Source of the DNA: Leucoraja ocellata
Taxonomy: Eukaryota
DNA: 64,000 bases
Assembly: GCA_036785375.1 (NCBI GenBank)
Contig: JAWMAR010000188.1
Coordinates: forward strand, 3,286,001 to 3,350,000
Direction of reading: 5' to 3'
Shown: positions 49,701 through 62,460 of the stretch, piece by piece
Position numbering within the stretch: position 1 is the stretch's first letter
Layout: each line of letters starts with the position of its first letter
Made by a program: the position numbers and the translations under genes
The notes under the pieces: generated by a model
Told to the model about the DNA's origin: nothing
Seen by the model: the letters and a program-made list of their open reading frames with translations, nothing else
The model's database searches: none

Positions 49701-52700
49701 CATCATATCCTTCTCTTTACCTGTAGATCATTTCTACATGAGTCATTCTTAAGATCTATATACAGCAAACCCATGTTTTAACAGACCTCTTTATTTATCA
49801 CGGATTTTGGTTATAGCGGATTGACATACCAACCGCTGCCCATGTCACCTCTGACTCACGTCATCTCCTCGGCAACTTACAGTACCGGCTGCTGACCTTA
49901 CCTGCATTCCAGCAGTTGACCATTGACTCTGCCGATCCTCACCACTCCCCCGGCTGCCAGGGTCACCAACTCACCTGTATTCTAGGCCCAATTCCAGACA
50001 AGGGTCTGAAGAAAGGTCTTGCCCTGAAACATCACCTATCTATTTTCTCGAAAGATGTTGCCTGACCTGCTGAGTTACTCCAGCACTTTTGTGTCCACAA
50101 GCAACTGTAGTTGTTTGTTTCTACTACTTAGGCAATGATAAAACCTTCCTCGTTTATTGTGGACAATCAGCAGTTACGGACACCATTACACTCCCCCCCC
50201 CCCCCCCCCCCCCCAATGGTCTGTTATAATGAGGGTTTATTGTACAGGTTAATGATACTATCAGATTATGAAATCAAGCATGAATGAAAGTGGCAAAAAT
50301 TATAATATAAAATTTGCCATTCTTTGTCTATTTTCTGGGAACTAACATCATGAGCTGGATGGTCCATAAACCAGAGAGGATTCAAATAATATTGCCTTTT
50401 CATTACATTTAGTATGAGAGGCTCGTGAAATGTTTAAATCTTTGCATATCGTAAATAAAAAATCCATACTAACTTGTCTCCAAAGTTCATGTAATAAACT
50501 GACAGTAACTATCATCCCAAGTTTTATAGCTGGGTTTAGAGATGAACTGTTAATTTTTAAGGTATTTTGTGAAAAATATTTTGGAAAAAATATTTTGGAA
50601 ATTCCAGCAATTTTCATATCTTGTTGAAATTTGTAACAGCTTTGAACTAAACTAATTTAGACAGCTTTGAACTAAAATGGTGGAAACCCAAAGCCAAGCA
50701 CCCTCTGCATTTTTTCAGTGATTACTTTAGAAGTGCTAAAGAATAGCAAGTAAATGTAATATCGCCAATGAAAATATATGGAAAAAAACATACCATTATT
50801 ATTTTTCAATTATATCCATTTTGACACCTATAATGCTAGAAAGAGAGTGAATGAGATGAAAATATACTTTGAACCAGATTCAGTATCATGCCAATTATTA
50901 TGTTCTGAGTATCACTCTTGCTCTTTTTACCAACATTCATTAACGCTATGTTTCATATTTCCAGCTGATTTCTTTTTTGCAATTGTAGAATGTGATAGCA
51001 ATAATAATTTGAATAAGGTACTTGTGTTAAATCATGCTGCATTGCGTTGGGGTGTGTGGGTGGGTGTGTGTGTTTGCTTGTGTGTGCAACTTCCAACTCG
51101 CATGTCTGCTGGAAAAATCGGGGAAATTTTCTATGGGCTTGAGAGTGAAAAAGAGTGATTGACAGGAAAGTAAAAATGTAAATGTCTACTTGTTTTAGAA
51201 GAAAATAAATATTTCAAATGGCAGATTTCTCTGACTTTGAATGCAAAATAAAATTCTCAGATATCAGAGAAACTGATTTGCCCAAATTTCTGCCTGTTGA
51301 ATAATCTGTGACATCTGTAGAAGATCCTTTTAAAAATAAGTTGAATTAAAAATTAGTGGAACAATTGAATTCTGTGGGCTTGTAATATTTAAATCGCTGT
51401 GACTACTGGGTAGCCAATTTATATATTTTCCACTTTCAGAAATCGGTTCCATAATCAGCCCCTTTCTGGCAGCCTACACTCAGATGTGACTAATCAAACA
51501 AGGAATCAAAGGTGCTTGGCATACTATCTTCCTTGATGAAATCACTTATGTGCTAATCATTTTATTCTTGTGTTCTAAACGTTTTATTTCTAGCATTTTA
51601 CACCAGTCTGGGTGAATAATGTAGACATATTACAGCCAGATTGGTCTAAGATTTAGAAACAGTTTTTCACTGTATCTCGGTATATGTGACATTCAGAAAC
51701 CAATGCCAACACTTATACCAGATGCTGCTTCAATTCAATCAGTGAAATTTCTGTGGGACATTTGTATGCTGTCCAAAATGGATTAAGGATGACTGAAAAT
51801 CATGTGAAATTGCAAGTATCCACTTGCTTTAGAGGGAAATAAATGATGGAATCAAGGTTAAGCATTATATATATATTTTGCGAATTAGTCAAAATGAAGG
51901 AAAGAGATCTGTTCCCCTTTCAGTTTTCTGCTTTATTTCATGCTTGCTTCCTCCTCAGGTTTACTGCTTTTGCCTCCAACCCATTTTAATTTTATTCTGA
52001 ACTCCAACCTCTAGTTTCTTGCTGGCTACATTGTGACCTTGGTCTCGACTCAGGTACAGGTCCTTGCGGCATCATGCTCTTGAATTTGGAACATTTTGCC
52101 AAAGTTTCTTATCTGATGAATCCTTTATCAATTTCAAAATCTTTACAAACCTACCACCGTGGCCAAGCTCTTAGTTCTTCAGATTTGCTTTTCCCACACG
52201 TACATTACAACTTAATCTGTTCCTCATTGATCTATTCTTGGTACTCACTTTTTCTCGACTGGGTGCAGCCTTCTTCCACCCGAAGATATCAACTACAGCT
52301 ATCTCCATGCTTCTCTAGTGAACTCCTTATGGCCCAATGAAGCAGTGTGGTCATTGCTGAATGCTAGCACTCAAGGTTTAGATTTTGCTTCCTGAGCCAG
52401 CATCTGGTTTAACCTGGCTTAAGTGTAGAAAATGAATTTGAATGAATGCGACACATTCATCACTAGGCGAAAGGGAAGTAATTTTATTACTTATATGTAT
52501 TACAGATTTGTAATGTGTAGATTAATTTTAATAGTTTAATATGTGTACCAAAATATGTATTATTGAATATTTGTGAGTGTCTAATACTTCCACAAACATT
52601 CAGTTGCTCTGACTGCATGAACCAATTTGCAACCTGAGTTGGGTGGCAAAGACTAAATGGCCAATAAAAGTTGAGTCTCGTTAGTTACATGTGCTGAGTC

Positions 52701-55700
52701 AATGCATTTGCTGCACATGGCAAAGACAATGCTAAGGGTTGGAATTCTTGAGTTGAAGAGTGAAGTGCATATGGGTGATAGAAGATCAGCTCCAATTGTT
52801 GATGATGATTTGGTTAATGGCCAAGTCAGCGATGTTGTGCTGAATGAGGAGTTGCAGGAAGGATGAAGAAACATTTCAGAGGTGATAATTTTCAGACACC
52901 GTGGAGAGCAAAGTGGTTAGAGATGAAGTGGTTTGGAACAGAGAAAGACAATTTTTTTTTGAGTCAGCTAATGGATATTTTGAAAGAGGGCGTTTAGTAC
53001 CAGATTACATGGGGCTAAGAAGAAATTGTAGTTATTAGCAAATAAGTGTCATTGATCAATTGGGCTTATTGAGAATGGGATAAAAGGAGAGAAACAAAAG
53101 AAATATGGATTTGAAAATGAGGCCAAGGAAGCCTGGGACGGATCAAACCACTTGCCTGGTAAGGGGAAGCAGCCGAGGCAGGCAAGTTGATGCTCACATA
53201 CTTTGTGAGAAAGTAGTTGTAATGTTATAATTGTGAAGATGACGGACTGCGGGGGTGATGCGCCGTTGTGTATGGCTGCTCCTCCTGCAGTCCGTCCTTT
53301 CTCCCTTTTTTATTTTTATTTTTAGTCCTGTCCGTGAAAATTGTTCATTGGAAGTCTTCTTTTATGTGGTGGGTGGGGGGGGGGAGAAGGGGGAAACTGT
53401 TTTAATCCCAGTCCTACCTGGTCAGAGATGCGGTTTTCTTCCGAACCGCTTCTTCGTCCTCTCTGTGCGGCCTACCATCGAGCTGGAGCAGTGCTGGAGC
53501 GACGATTTCCTGCCGGGGCTACAGCTTCGCTGGCGGTGCAGATGCTGGGACACCAACACCAACACGGAGCGGGCGATGCCTTACCGGGTCGCCTTCCGGT
53601 AAGCTCCGGGGCACTGGGAACGCCGACTGCAACATCGCTGAGCTGCGGCTGCGGAGCGTCCAGCCGCGGGCGGGCGGCACTGGATTTCAACGCCGCGGGG
53701 CCTGGTGTCCGAGTTCGCCGGTGTCAGAGGTCCAGCCAGCGCGGCCTGAGAACTTTGGACATTGCAGTCTTCAGGGAGGAAGCGGCCGCTTCAGTCCAGG
53801 CCGCTGAAGAATGTTCACCCGACGCCGATGATCCAGCTTCGTGGCAGAGGGCCTGAGAACATCGACTTGGCTGAGGAGTCCGCATATACACCCCGACCTC
53901 GGGTGGACTATGAGGGGGAGAACTGGATATTTTTAGTGCCTTCCCTCACAGTGAATTCTGCTGTGGGGGGACGTTTCATGTTGATTTCTATAGTGTACTG
54001 TTCTGTGTCTTTTTTTCTTTTTCTCTTTTTTGTTTTGTATGGATTTATTGACATTTGATCTGTTCAATTAATTTAATCAATCTCTGTAAAGCTCTTTGGT
54101 TCAAATACTGGTTTTGTTGAAAAGTGCTATATAAATAAACATTATTATTACAATGGAGGAAAAGGCAATCTGGCCCATTGAGTCTGCAATGGCATTTTGT
54201 GAAAGCAATTCAATTAGTCCCATTCCGACTCTTTCTCTGTAGCCCTACATTTTTCTCTTCAAGTAATTAACAAATTCTTCTTTTAAAATCACATTGAAAT
54301 GCTTCCTGTTGCTTTCCGGCACTTGCTTCATGAAAAATATTTTCCTCTTTTTATCTTTATGGGCCTGTCCAACTTGGCGATTTTTTAGGCAACTGCCGGC
54401 GACGGTCAGAGTTGTAGCGGGTCACCGAAAAACCGGCGACAACCTACGACAGCACCTACGTCAGGAGAAGTCAAGCTACGCTCATTGACGTCAAACCCAC
54501 TGTCGCCGAATATTTTTCAACATTTTGAATATTTAGCAGCGATCAGAAAAACGCTACGACTTTTTGCGCGACTGAGGAGACCACCAGCGAACATGTGGCG
54601 ACAAACAGCCTGTAGTTGCCTGACAAATCACATGTGGGACAGGCCCATTTGGATCTCGACCAATTGCCTTAAATCGGACTTCTGTAAACTTACTTGTTGT
54701 GACACAGAAGGGAAGTATATTGTCCATTGGGTCCATGCTAGCTCCCAGCAGAGCAGTACCATTGGTCCCATTCTGCCTTTTATTTATCTTGTTTCCCTGC
54801 AACTTATTTTCTTCCAAATGACAATCAATGCTCGTTTGAATCATTTGTCCTGCACTAAGGACAATCTATTGTTTAAAATGGAACCATCCAAGGAGAATTT
54901 ACAAAAACCAGGCAGACAGTCCCTCAGAGCAGGACTGAGGTGGCTCAAGCTGTGATGCAGCCATCAGTGTGCTGCCATCAGTGTGCTGTTTGTCTTTGTG
55001 ATTGCAAATAGTTCCTCTTTATTCACATTGTTGAATGTTATATGAATTTTAAAACTGTTGGCATATCATGTTTCAGCTTCTTCTGGTTCTAGGTAGATCA
55101 ACCTCACCTTGTCTGATCTATTCATTAGACTAAAGTTCCTCAACCATGGCACCATTATGGTAAATCTTTACTGCACTATTGCTAAGGCTTTTATAGTGTC
55201 ATGCATTAAAATGGACACCATATTCCTGAATTTGTATTCCAAAAAGATTTGCTTTTCTTTTTGTTTAAGAAGGAACGGCTGATGCTGGAAAATCGAGGGT
55301 AGACAAAAATGCTGGAGAAACTCAGCGGGTGAGGCAGCATCTATGGAGCGAAGGAAATAGGCAACCTTTTGGGACGAAACCCTTCTTTTCTTTTAACTCT
55401 TTCTAAAGCTCAAGATCCTGAATATCTTTCTAACCACTTTCTCTTCTGCCTAGCCATCAAGGATTAGTTCTTAATTATCCACAATTCTTCCTATAACCAT
55501 ATATAACCATATAACAATGACAGCACGGAAACAGGCCATCTCGGCCCTACAAGTCCGTGCCGAACAAATTTTTTTTCCCCCCTTAGTCCCACTTGCCTGC
55601 ACTCATACCATAACCCTCCATTCCCTTCTCATCCATATGCCTATCCAATTTTATTTTTAAATGATACCAATGAACCTGCCTCCACCACTTCCACTGGAAG

Positions 55701-56689
55701 CTCATTCCACACCGCTACCACTCTCTGAGTAAAGAAGTTCCCCCTCATATTACCCCTAAACTTCTGTCCCTTAATTCTGAAGTCATGTCCTCTTGTTTGA
55801 ATCTTCCCTATTCTCAAAGGGAAAAGCTTGTCCACATCAACTCTGTCTATCCCTCTCATCATTTTAAAGACCTCTATCAAGTCCCCCCTTAACCTTCTGC
55901 GCTCCAGAGAATAAAGACCTAACTTATTCAACCTATCTCTGTAACTTAGTTGTTGAAACCCAGGCTTTTTGGAACCCATTTTGGATATTGTGGATATTTT
56001 GGATATTTGGAATCCTTTTTGGAACCCATTTTGATATTGCATTCATATTATGTCTTCTCAATAAACCTATCAAAATATATTTCACACTTCTCATCAGTGA
56101 TGGAAATGGGTTTTAAGAACTAGGGATACCCTAAGGTCCGTGAGGTCATACCCAAGTAAGAGTACAAGAATGCAGAACTTGTTTATTGTGTATTTATAAT
56201 ATAGTTAGTTCATTGTGTATTGTATGTCATAGCTGCTTTAGTATCTTTGATCTGCAGTTCCTTCCTATTGAAGAAGAACCCTGGCCCGAAACAACTCCTA
56301 ATCCATTCCCTCCACAGATGCCGCCTAACCCGCTGAGTTCCTCCAGCACTCTGTGTTTTTTTATTTAACTCTTGAAATTGAAGTTAGACAAAGCTGGAGT
56401 AACTCAGCGGGACAGGCAGCAACTCTGGAGAGAAGACCCTCTTTAGACTGAACTGAACTCTCGTCGGTGAGAGTACTTGTGATTGTTTGCAGAAGGGTCT
56501 CGAGCTGAAACGCCACCCACTCCCCAGAGCCGCCGCCCGTCCCGCTGAGCTACCCCAGCCCTCTCGTGTCCACCTTCAACTCCAGAGCCAAACAAAAAAC
56601 ACAGAGTGCTGGAGGAACTGAGCGGGCCAGGCGGCACCCGCGGAGGGATCGGACCAGGAGCAGCTGCAGGCCAGGGTTGCACCAATCGC

Positions 56690-56748
<59 letters not shown>

Positions 56749-59700
56749 GAGCGAGCGGACAGACGGACAAAATCAGCCATCACAGAACGGAATAGGTGAC
56801 ATTTCATCTCGACACCCTTCTTCACACTGACAGCCAAGGGAAAAGGAAACGGGAAATATAGGCATATCTTCCATTCATTTGGCCTTAGTACCGTCTATAT
56901 CTCTTGTTCCTCTTTCCGCTGACTCCGTGTGAAGAAGGGTCTCGACCCAAAATGTTATCTATTCCGCTCTATGATCGTTGCTTTCATCCGTCTGTTCGCT
57001 CGCCCCTGGATTAAGTAGCGCAGGATAAAGCTGCGATTTCATGCCCAGGATGGAAACTGGACACTGAAAAGTAGGGGAATGCCGTCCCCCAGCGTACCCC
57101 CCCAGTTCCATCACTGCTTCTCACCATTAGATTTCATCTGATGTGTGCCTGGTACAATTCTTGATATCTACCACTATCCTTCTCACTCTCTTCCATTCTT
57201 TTTCTTATCTACAGATTTTGAGTTTGTATGGTGAACACTCAACTCCAAGCTATTGATATATGTCAAGAAAAATATTGGTCCCAGCACTGGCTCCTCAGGA
57301 ATTGCCATTGCATATTTTTCTCCAGATTAAAATATGTTTTATTCGTAATATTAATTACTCCCTTAAGCTAATTTCATATCCATACTTTGTCCTTTGTATT
57401 CCATTGCCTTTTTGTTGGTAATCAGCTATGTAGAACTTTGAAAATCCATGTTTCCAAAAAAAAATGTTTTGCCTTAGTCAACCCTCTCTGAATAACTCGA
57501 GCTTTAGCCTAACATCGTTGATCTTTATTGAATCTTTAATGGCTGTCTTTATCTTAATATCACGTTAATTTTGCACCATATTACTGCATAAAGACACTTC
57601 CAGACCATTAAGGTTAAACTGATAGCTTGTCAGTGCATGATTTTTGCTTCCATTCTTTCTTGAACAAGAGTAACATTTCTAATTTTCCTATCTTGGCCCC
57701 AACACAGTATTTGAGGAAAAATCTTAGAATTATTCTCCATAATTTTCATCCTTATTCCCTTCAGCAATCTAGGTTGCACTGCATCCACACCGAAACGGTA
57801 GTCAGCCAGTATTATTTTCCCATTTTTGCCTATCCTGTATTTCAGCTTTCACTGTGACTTTGTTTTGATCTTCTGTCTTGGTAATGACTTGCAAGGGTAT
57901 TCATAATTTCCTCATGTTGATGCATAGCACTTTTTTTGATCTTATAGGCCCTTACGGAAACATTTTGCAGTAGGCATTATACGGCGATTATCCCCGTATA
58001 AACATGGATTATCTTTGCTTTTCAAATTGACCGTCACCTGAGATGGACCAATCATTAAGCACTTCATGCTGAATCTGGTTGGGGATGCTTTATCCTTGTC
58101 TTTGAGGATAGAATCTTTTCACCATTCATGAATAGATGCGGCAAGACTACAAAATTTGGATATGATTTGTTATTTTCAAGCAGAGTCAGGGTTGCACTCC
58201 TTTTTCTATTTAGAACACAAATATTCCTGTGTTTCAGCATCAGGTTGGCATCTAATTGTTAGATCCTCCCCCTGCTGCATCCAGCATGTTCTTTAATTCA
58301 CTTCAGTGAACTAGGCTTGATGGGCTGGCTTGATAATGATATTAAAGTGAGGTGTATGCAAGCCCATATGGTTGCCGACTATGGTGGTGTGCCTTTCTAA
58401 TGTTGCTTATGTTCTACAGTGTCTCATCATTGTACAATTAAGAACTGGAACATTTCTTATGAACAAATCTCATTTAGCATGATTGCAGTTCCACAAACCA
58501 CAGTGAAGGGTGTCCTAATTGTGAAAATTGAACTGTGTCTCCACATAACTGTCATGTATGGCAACAGTGAGATTAATGATAACACTGTAAATCTGAAATA
58601 AAAAACAAAATTATAACAATCAGGTAGTTTAGTAATGTAATTTACAAAATGAAATTAAATGTACACTCCTCAGCTGCTATGGGAGGGAATTTTGAACTTG
58701 CTGCTGGAGTGATAGTCCAGGCCTCTGTGTTTTTAGTGTGGTAATTTAACCATTACATGACATCTCTTTTCTAAATAAGTATATGTTTTATTTAAGTGTG
58801 ATTAAATAATACAAGATGTAGCGAATGGCTTTTTTTGTAGTTATCATGCTGCTATTATCCTCCAGGACTGAAATCTGAAGAATTCTGTTCAGTGTGATTA
58901 AAATATTGATACTGTTATCAGTGGGACAAGAGGAAGGATAAAAATGACTTGCTTGAATTTGTATTTTTTATTTTCCAGTGTGGCCCCTGATTACACTATA
59001 CCCGAGGGTGTGCTTGAAAATTTCAGTGTAATGGAAATTGTAACACTCCGACGACAGGTAAGAATTTCAATAAGGAGCATTTACAAGAGGATTTACAAGA
59101 GGAATCATCACTGAGTCCTTGGTTTATATGTTTTAATTATATAATAAATGTATTAATTGCATTCAATTCCTAATAATTTACTTAAATAAATTTCAACTTT
59201 TAAAATGTTTCTGATTATCAGAAACATCGAAATATGATAAAAACTGAACAGCTTGGTGAGCCTCCGGATGTGATGCCTTGAGGCTTAGTCACTCACTGGT
59301 CACAGAACGGCTGCAGCATTGAAGCCTTGAGCTTGTTTCCAGAGCTGGTGGTCAAAATGTTGGTGTGGTCTCAAACCTCGCATAGGCAATAGATCATGTT
59401 GAGCATAATTTAGCCTCTTACCTGACCAGCAGCTCACTATTTGGAACATTTTATGCTGCATAACTGAAGATATTAGAGCTGTTGTACACTATCCTGCCTG
59501 TTACAATTTCAAAGCAAATTGCTCCTTGATAATTCATTTCATGAAGTTATATCTTTCATTTGATTTAAAATAACAAGAAATAAGTTATTTTAATACTGCT
59601 GTAATTTTGTATTAGTGTACAGTTCTATCAGTGAATAGTCCAAACTTTTTATTTTGTAGTTGAACAAGTTGAATCGCCGCCTACAGTTATTAGAACAGGA

Positions 59701-59791
59701 GAGTCGGGACCATGCACGAAAAGAATTTGTTCTCTATTCCATCATCTTTGCTGCCTGTTTGGTCAACAGTTGGCTCTGGCTGAGGAAGTGA
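46595..59791 (+). CDS. Mitochondrial fission factor-like (MFF/FATE1, Miff family) tail-anchored protein; 6 coding exons, about 243 aa if a 1-nt frameshift at ~46691 is repaired
   Basis: Exons 46595-46795, 48535-48692, 49434-49522, 51440-51511, 58979-59057, 59660-59791, all AG/GT and phase-compatible. Motifs: EAISQKMRI(P)NRLKV, MQIPERI, RSRTLSENE, LRRQ|LNKLNRRLQLLEQE coiled coil, and the C-terminal TM FVLYSIIFAACLVNSWLWLRK*. Confidence 0.88.
48535..48692 (+). CDS. MFF-like exon: ETEMQDIGARPYLYGWFHNNPMNTDPPPLSISPHLMYGTSQAMNVDRSESPLQ
   Basis: ttctctttag acceptor, CAG|GTATAT donor, phase 1 to 0, stop-free. Confidence 0.75.
49434..49522 (+). CDS. MFF-like exon: VTTSHNSSRSRTLSENEISLSNVAKRQRNL
   Basis: ttttttgcag acceptor, GTAAGT donor, phase 0 to 2; RSRTLSEN resembles MFF RERSMSEN. 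Confidence 0.82.
49763..50242. mobile_element. Tigger/pogo-like MITE with a nested Penelope-terminus fragment
   Basis: TA-flanked imperfect TIRs CAGCAAACCCATGTTTTAACAGACC / GGTCTGTTATAATGAGGGTTTATTG. Confidence 0.55.
51440..51511 (+). CDS. MFF-like 72-nt symmetric (possibly cassette) exon: NRFHNQPLSGSLHSDVTNQTRNQ
   Basis: ccactttcag acceptor, weak AG|GTGCTT donor, phase 2-2, stop-free. Confidence 0.55.
53235..54150 (+). mobile_element. Unclassified GC-rich retroposon-like insertion with AATAAA and (ATT)n tail
   Basis: Abrupt CpG-rich block ending ...AATAAACATTATTATTA; the ORFs have no recognisable domain. Confidence 0.5.
54360..54647. mobile_element. PIF/Harbinger-type MITE related to 30563-30788
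   Basis: TGGGCCTGTCCAAC...GTGGGACAGGCCCA termini. Confidence 0.7.
55490..55965 (-). mobile_element. CR1 LINE 3' end
   Basis: LGLYSLERRRLRGDLIEVFK...FFTQRVVAVWNELP; (TATAACCATA)n tail. Confidence 0.9.
56692..56746. repeat. (GT)n microsatellite preceded by CGCGCG
   Basis: About 27 uninterrupted GT units. Confidence 0.97.
58979..59057 (+). CDS. MFF-like exon: VAPDYTIPEGVLENFSVMEIVTLRRQ
   Basis: ttttccag acceptor, CAG|GTAAGA donor; ends in LRRQ like the penultimate MFF exon. Confidence 0.88.
59660..59791 (+). CDS. MFF-like last exon: coiled coil plus C-terminal transmembrane anchor
   Basis: LNKLNRRLQLLEQESRDHARKEFVLYSIIFAACLVNSWLWLRK*; ttttgtag acceptor. Confidence 0.93.
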   Translation: MNKLNRRLQLLEQESRDHARKEFVLYSIIFAACLVNSWLWLRK

Positions 59792-60464
59792 CTTTGTTCT
59801 AATTGCACTGAGGTTGAGACTATTTCTGAATACAGCCTGGCAGATATCATCATTTATTTTGTGCAACAACTTGTATCATTACTAAAATACAAGGGAATGA
59901 TGCCATTTAGAATAACTTGTGAACATGATTTTAAAAAGCACAATTGCAAGGGTTATAGAAAAATGTTACAGCGTAATGCTCTCAAACCTAATTAATTAGT
60001 TTAAGGCCAACTAATATCTATCATAATTTATATCATATGCAAAATCCTTACTACTTCATCAAACTGCAATTAAATGAAGCAACTTGAAAATTATTACCCT
60101 AAACACATTGTATTGCTAAATCAAGAGAGAAATTAGAAAGAAAATGTCCTCTTGTTGGTAATCAAAATCTCTTTTGCATTCTCCACATGCTCCCCATGTT
60201 TCTCCTATAACTTGGTGAGGTTGTAGGGATATCTGAAATTTGACAGTTTTTTTGTTCTCTCTTGTTTTTATTGAATAATTGGGGTAAATGATGTAATTGC
60301 ATAACTGCCGAACCAGCATTTCCTTCCTTAGCATGTTTTCATTTATAAATGCCAGATCATACTTACAGGTAGTTGGCAGTTCCACAAAGATGTTGCAGTG
60401 TGTTCCTCAGCAGCCAGGTCTCTGCATGATTTTTTGCAAATTGCCTAGTTACATTAGGTACAAA

Positions 60465-60680
60465 GTCTGTGGAATTCTCTGCCTCAGAGGGCGGTGGAGG
60501 CAGGTTCTCTGGATGCTTTCAAGAGAGAGCTAGATAGGGCTCTTAAAAATAGCAAGAGTCAGGGGATATGGGGAGAACGCAGGAACGGGATACTGATTGG
60601 GAATGATCAACCATGATCACATTGAATGGTGGTGCTGGCTCGAAGGGCCAAATGGTCTACTCCTGCACCTATTCTCTAAT
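60465..60680 (+). mobile_element. CR1 3' fragment downstream of the MFF-like stop
   Basis: CTGTGGAATTCTCTGCCTCAGAGG...GAAGGGCCAAATGGTCTACTCCTGCACC. Confidence 0.85.
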
Positions 60681-62274
60681 ATCTAAAGTCATGAGCAAGG
60701 GTAGTGTAAGTCTCCGAACTGTTATTCTTTATCCTGCATACCATTATAGAGCTTTAGTAACAGGAGATTAGGAACTGGTCACATACCTCTTAGCAGGGGA
60801 AATGAATAAACTAAGGGAAGTTTTTTTTCCTCAAGTTTTATAACCTTCACCAGACATTTTATAAATTTCCTAAGATATCTTGACCACTACCAAGAGCTAT
60901 ATACAGCAAAAGAAAATGACTTGACAAATTAATTCCTTGACAATGTGATGTGCAAGTTCTTAGATATAAATATCCCTTGATTGTTACATACCTGCTTGAC
61001 CATTGGTATAAAATGTGTCATAAAACAGTAAAGTAAGATACTTAACAGAGATATTATTAACACTAAAGGCTGTTACTTAAAAACTGTGCATTTATCACAA
61101 TTGCACACTATTTAAGGTGGGTTATGTTCAAATCTGGTTCTAACTTTGCAATTTAGTAAGATAATCAGTACTCAAGGGTTTAATTGTATGGTGGGATAGT
61201 GGATCAGGCAGGATTTTATTTTGAAATAACATGCTCCACCCATGTTGGACAATGCATTGTGCAAGGGTAAAATCAATATTATGAATTGTTAGGGATAATT
61301 AAGTTGCAAATTTGATTTTGGCAAAGGGATGAAGATTAAAGCCATTTCTGTGAAATGCAAGAAATATGTAAGTGACAAATGTTCAATTTATAGATATCCA
61401 TTCTGAATAACAAATTTGTGGTTGAGGCAATTGTGGCTAATTAAATAATTTCCTGAATAAAATAATGCATTTATTTATAATGCATTCCTTCATTCAGTTA
61501 AAATAAAGTCCAGACACAATTGTGTTTCTTCAGAAATCTACTTCTCTTAATTCAGAGCTATCAGTGCTTAATTTTATATTTAAAACTAATTTATTACAAA
61601 TAAAGTGTAAAACAGTGATATGGCCATGAGAATTTGTCATAGATGAATTTACCTCTCTAACTATGAATTAAAAACAATTTTAATAACATGTTGGAATTAA
61701 GTGCAGGTTTAACATTTGTGAATGGCAGTTAGTAAAAAAAACTATGACCTGTGTCTTAGAAGAATGGTGTTAATTTTGTAATGTTAAAAGTTTGTGCAGG
61801 TCACTTGAGTTGTCCATAGACTTAACAGCTCCAGTTTTTGTACACTGTACTTAAGCCATTTACAAAGGATAATACACAGTAATAGGATTATACACAAAAA
61901 TGTTTACTCTTTATTTTCCTGAATTCCATATTTACATTTTCCAGAGAATCTGTGATTAGTTCATTTTTACTAGCCTTGTCTTCTTTCTGCCTCCTCCCTC
62001 CTTCATACCCATCCATTTACTTCTCTTTACTTTTTCTGATCATTAACTAATCTTCTGTCTTTGCTAATATGTTGTCCCCAAATCGGTGAGTCCTTATTTT
62101 ACATAACATTGTAGTTCTGACAATGTTGTATTTAATATAACTGGTACACATTGTTGCAAGGGATGCTTATTTTATCAACCCATTTATCAAAAGCAACAAG
62201 GAGATTCATACCGAATCATTGTGGAATCATTTTCATAGTGTGCGCTTATGACGAATGGGCAAGGGACTTACATA

Positions 62275-62460
62275 GAAAATAGAAACATAGAAAATAGGTG
62301 CAGGAGTAGGCCATTCGGCCCTTCGAGCCTGCACCGCCATTCAATATGATCATGGCTGATCATCCAACTCAGTATCCTGTACCTACTTCTCTCCATACAG
62401 CCTGATCCCTTTAGCCACAAGGGCCACATCTAACTCCCTTCCAATGAACTGGCCTAAACT
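62275..62460 (-). mobile_element. CR1 3' end
   Basis: (CATAGAAA)n tail and GGAGTAGGCCATTCGGCCCTTCGAGCC. Confidence 0.85.

Noticed and set aside
51940-58900. Further MFF-like cassette exons (acceptors ~51958, ~58840, ~58865)
   Set aside because: Each meets an in-frame stop within a few codons in the required phase.
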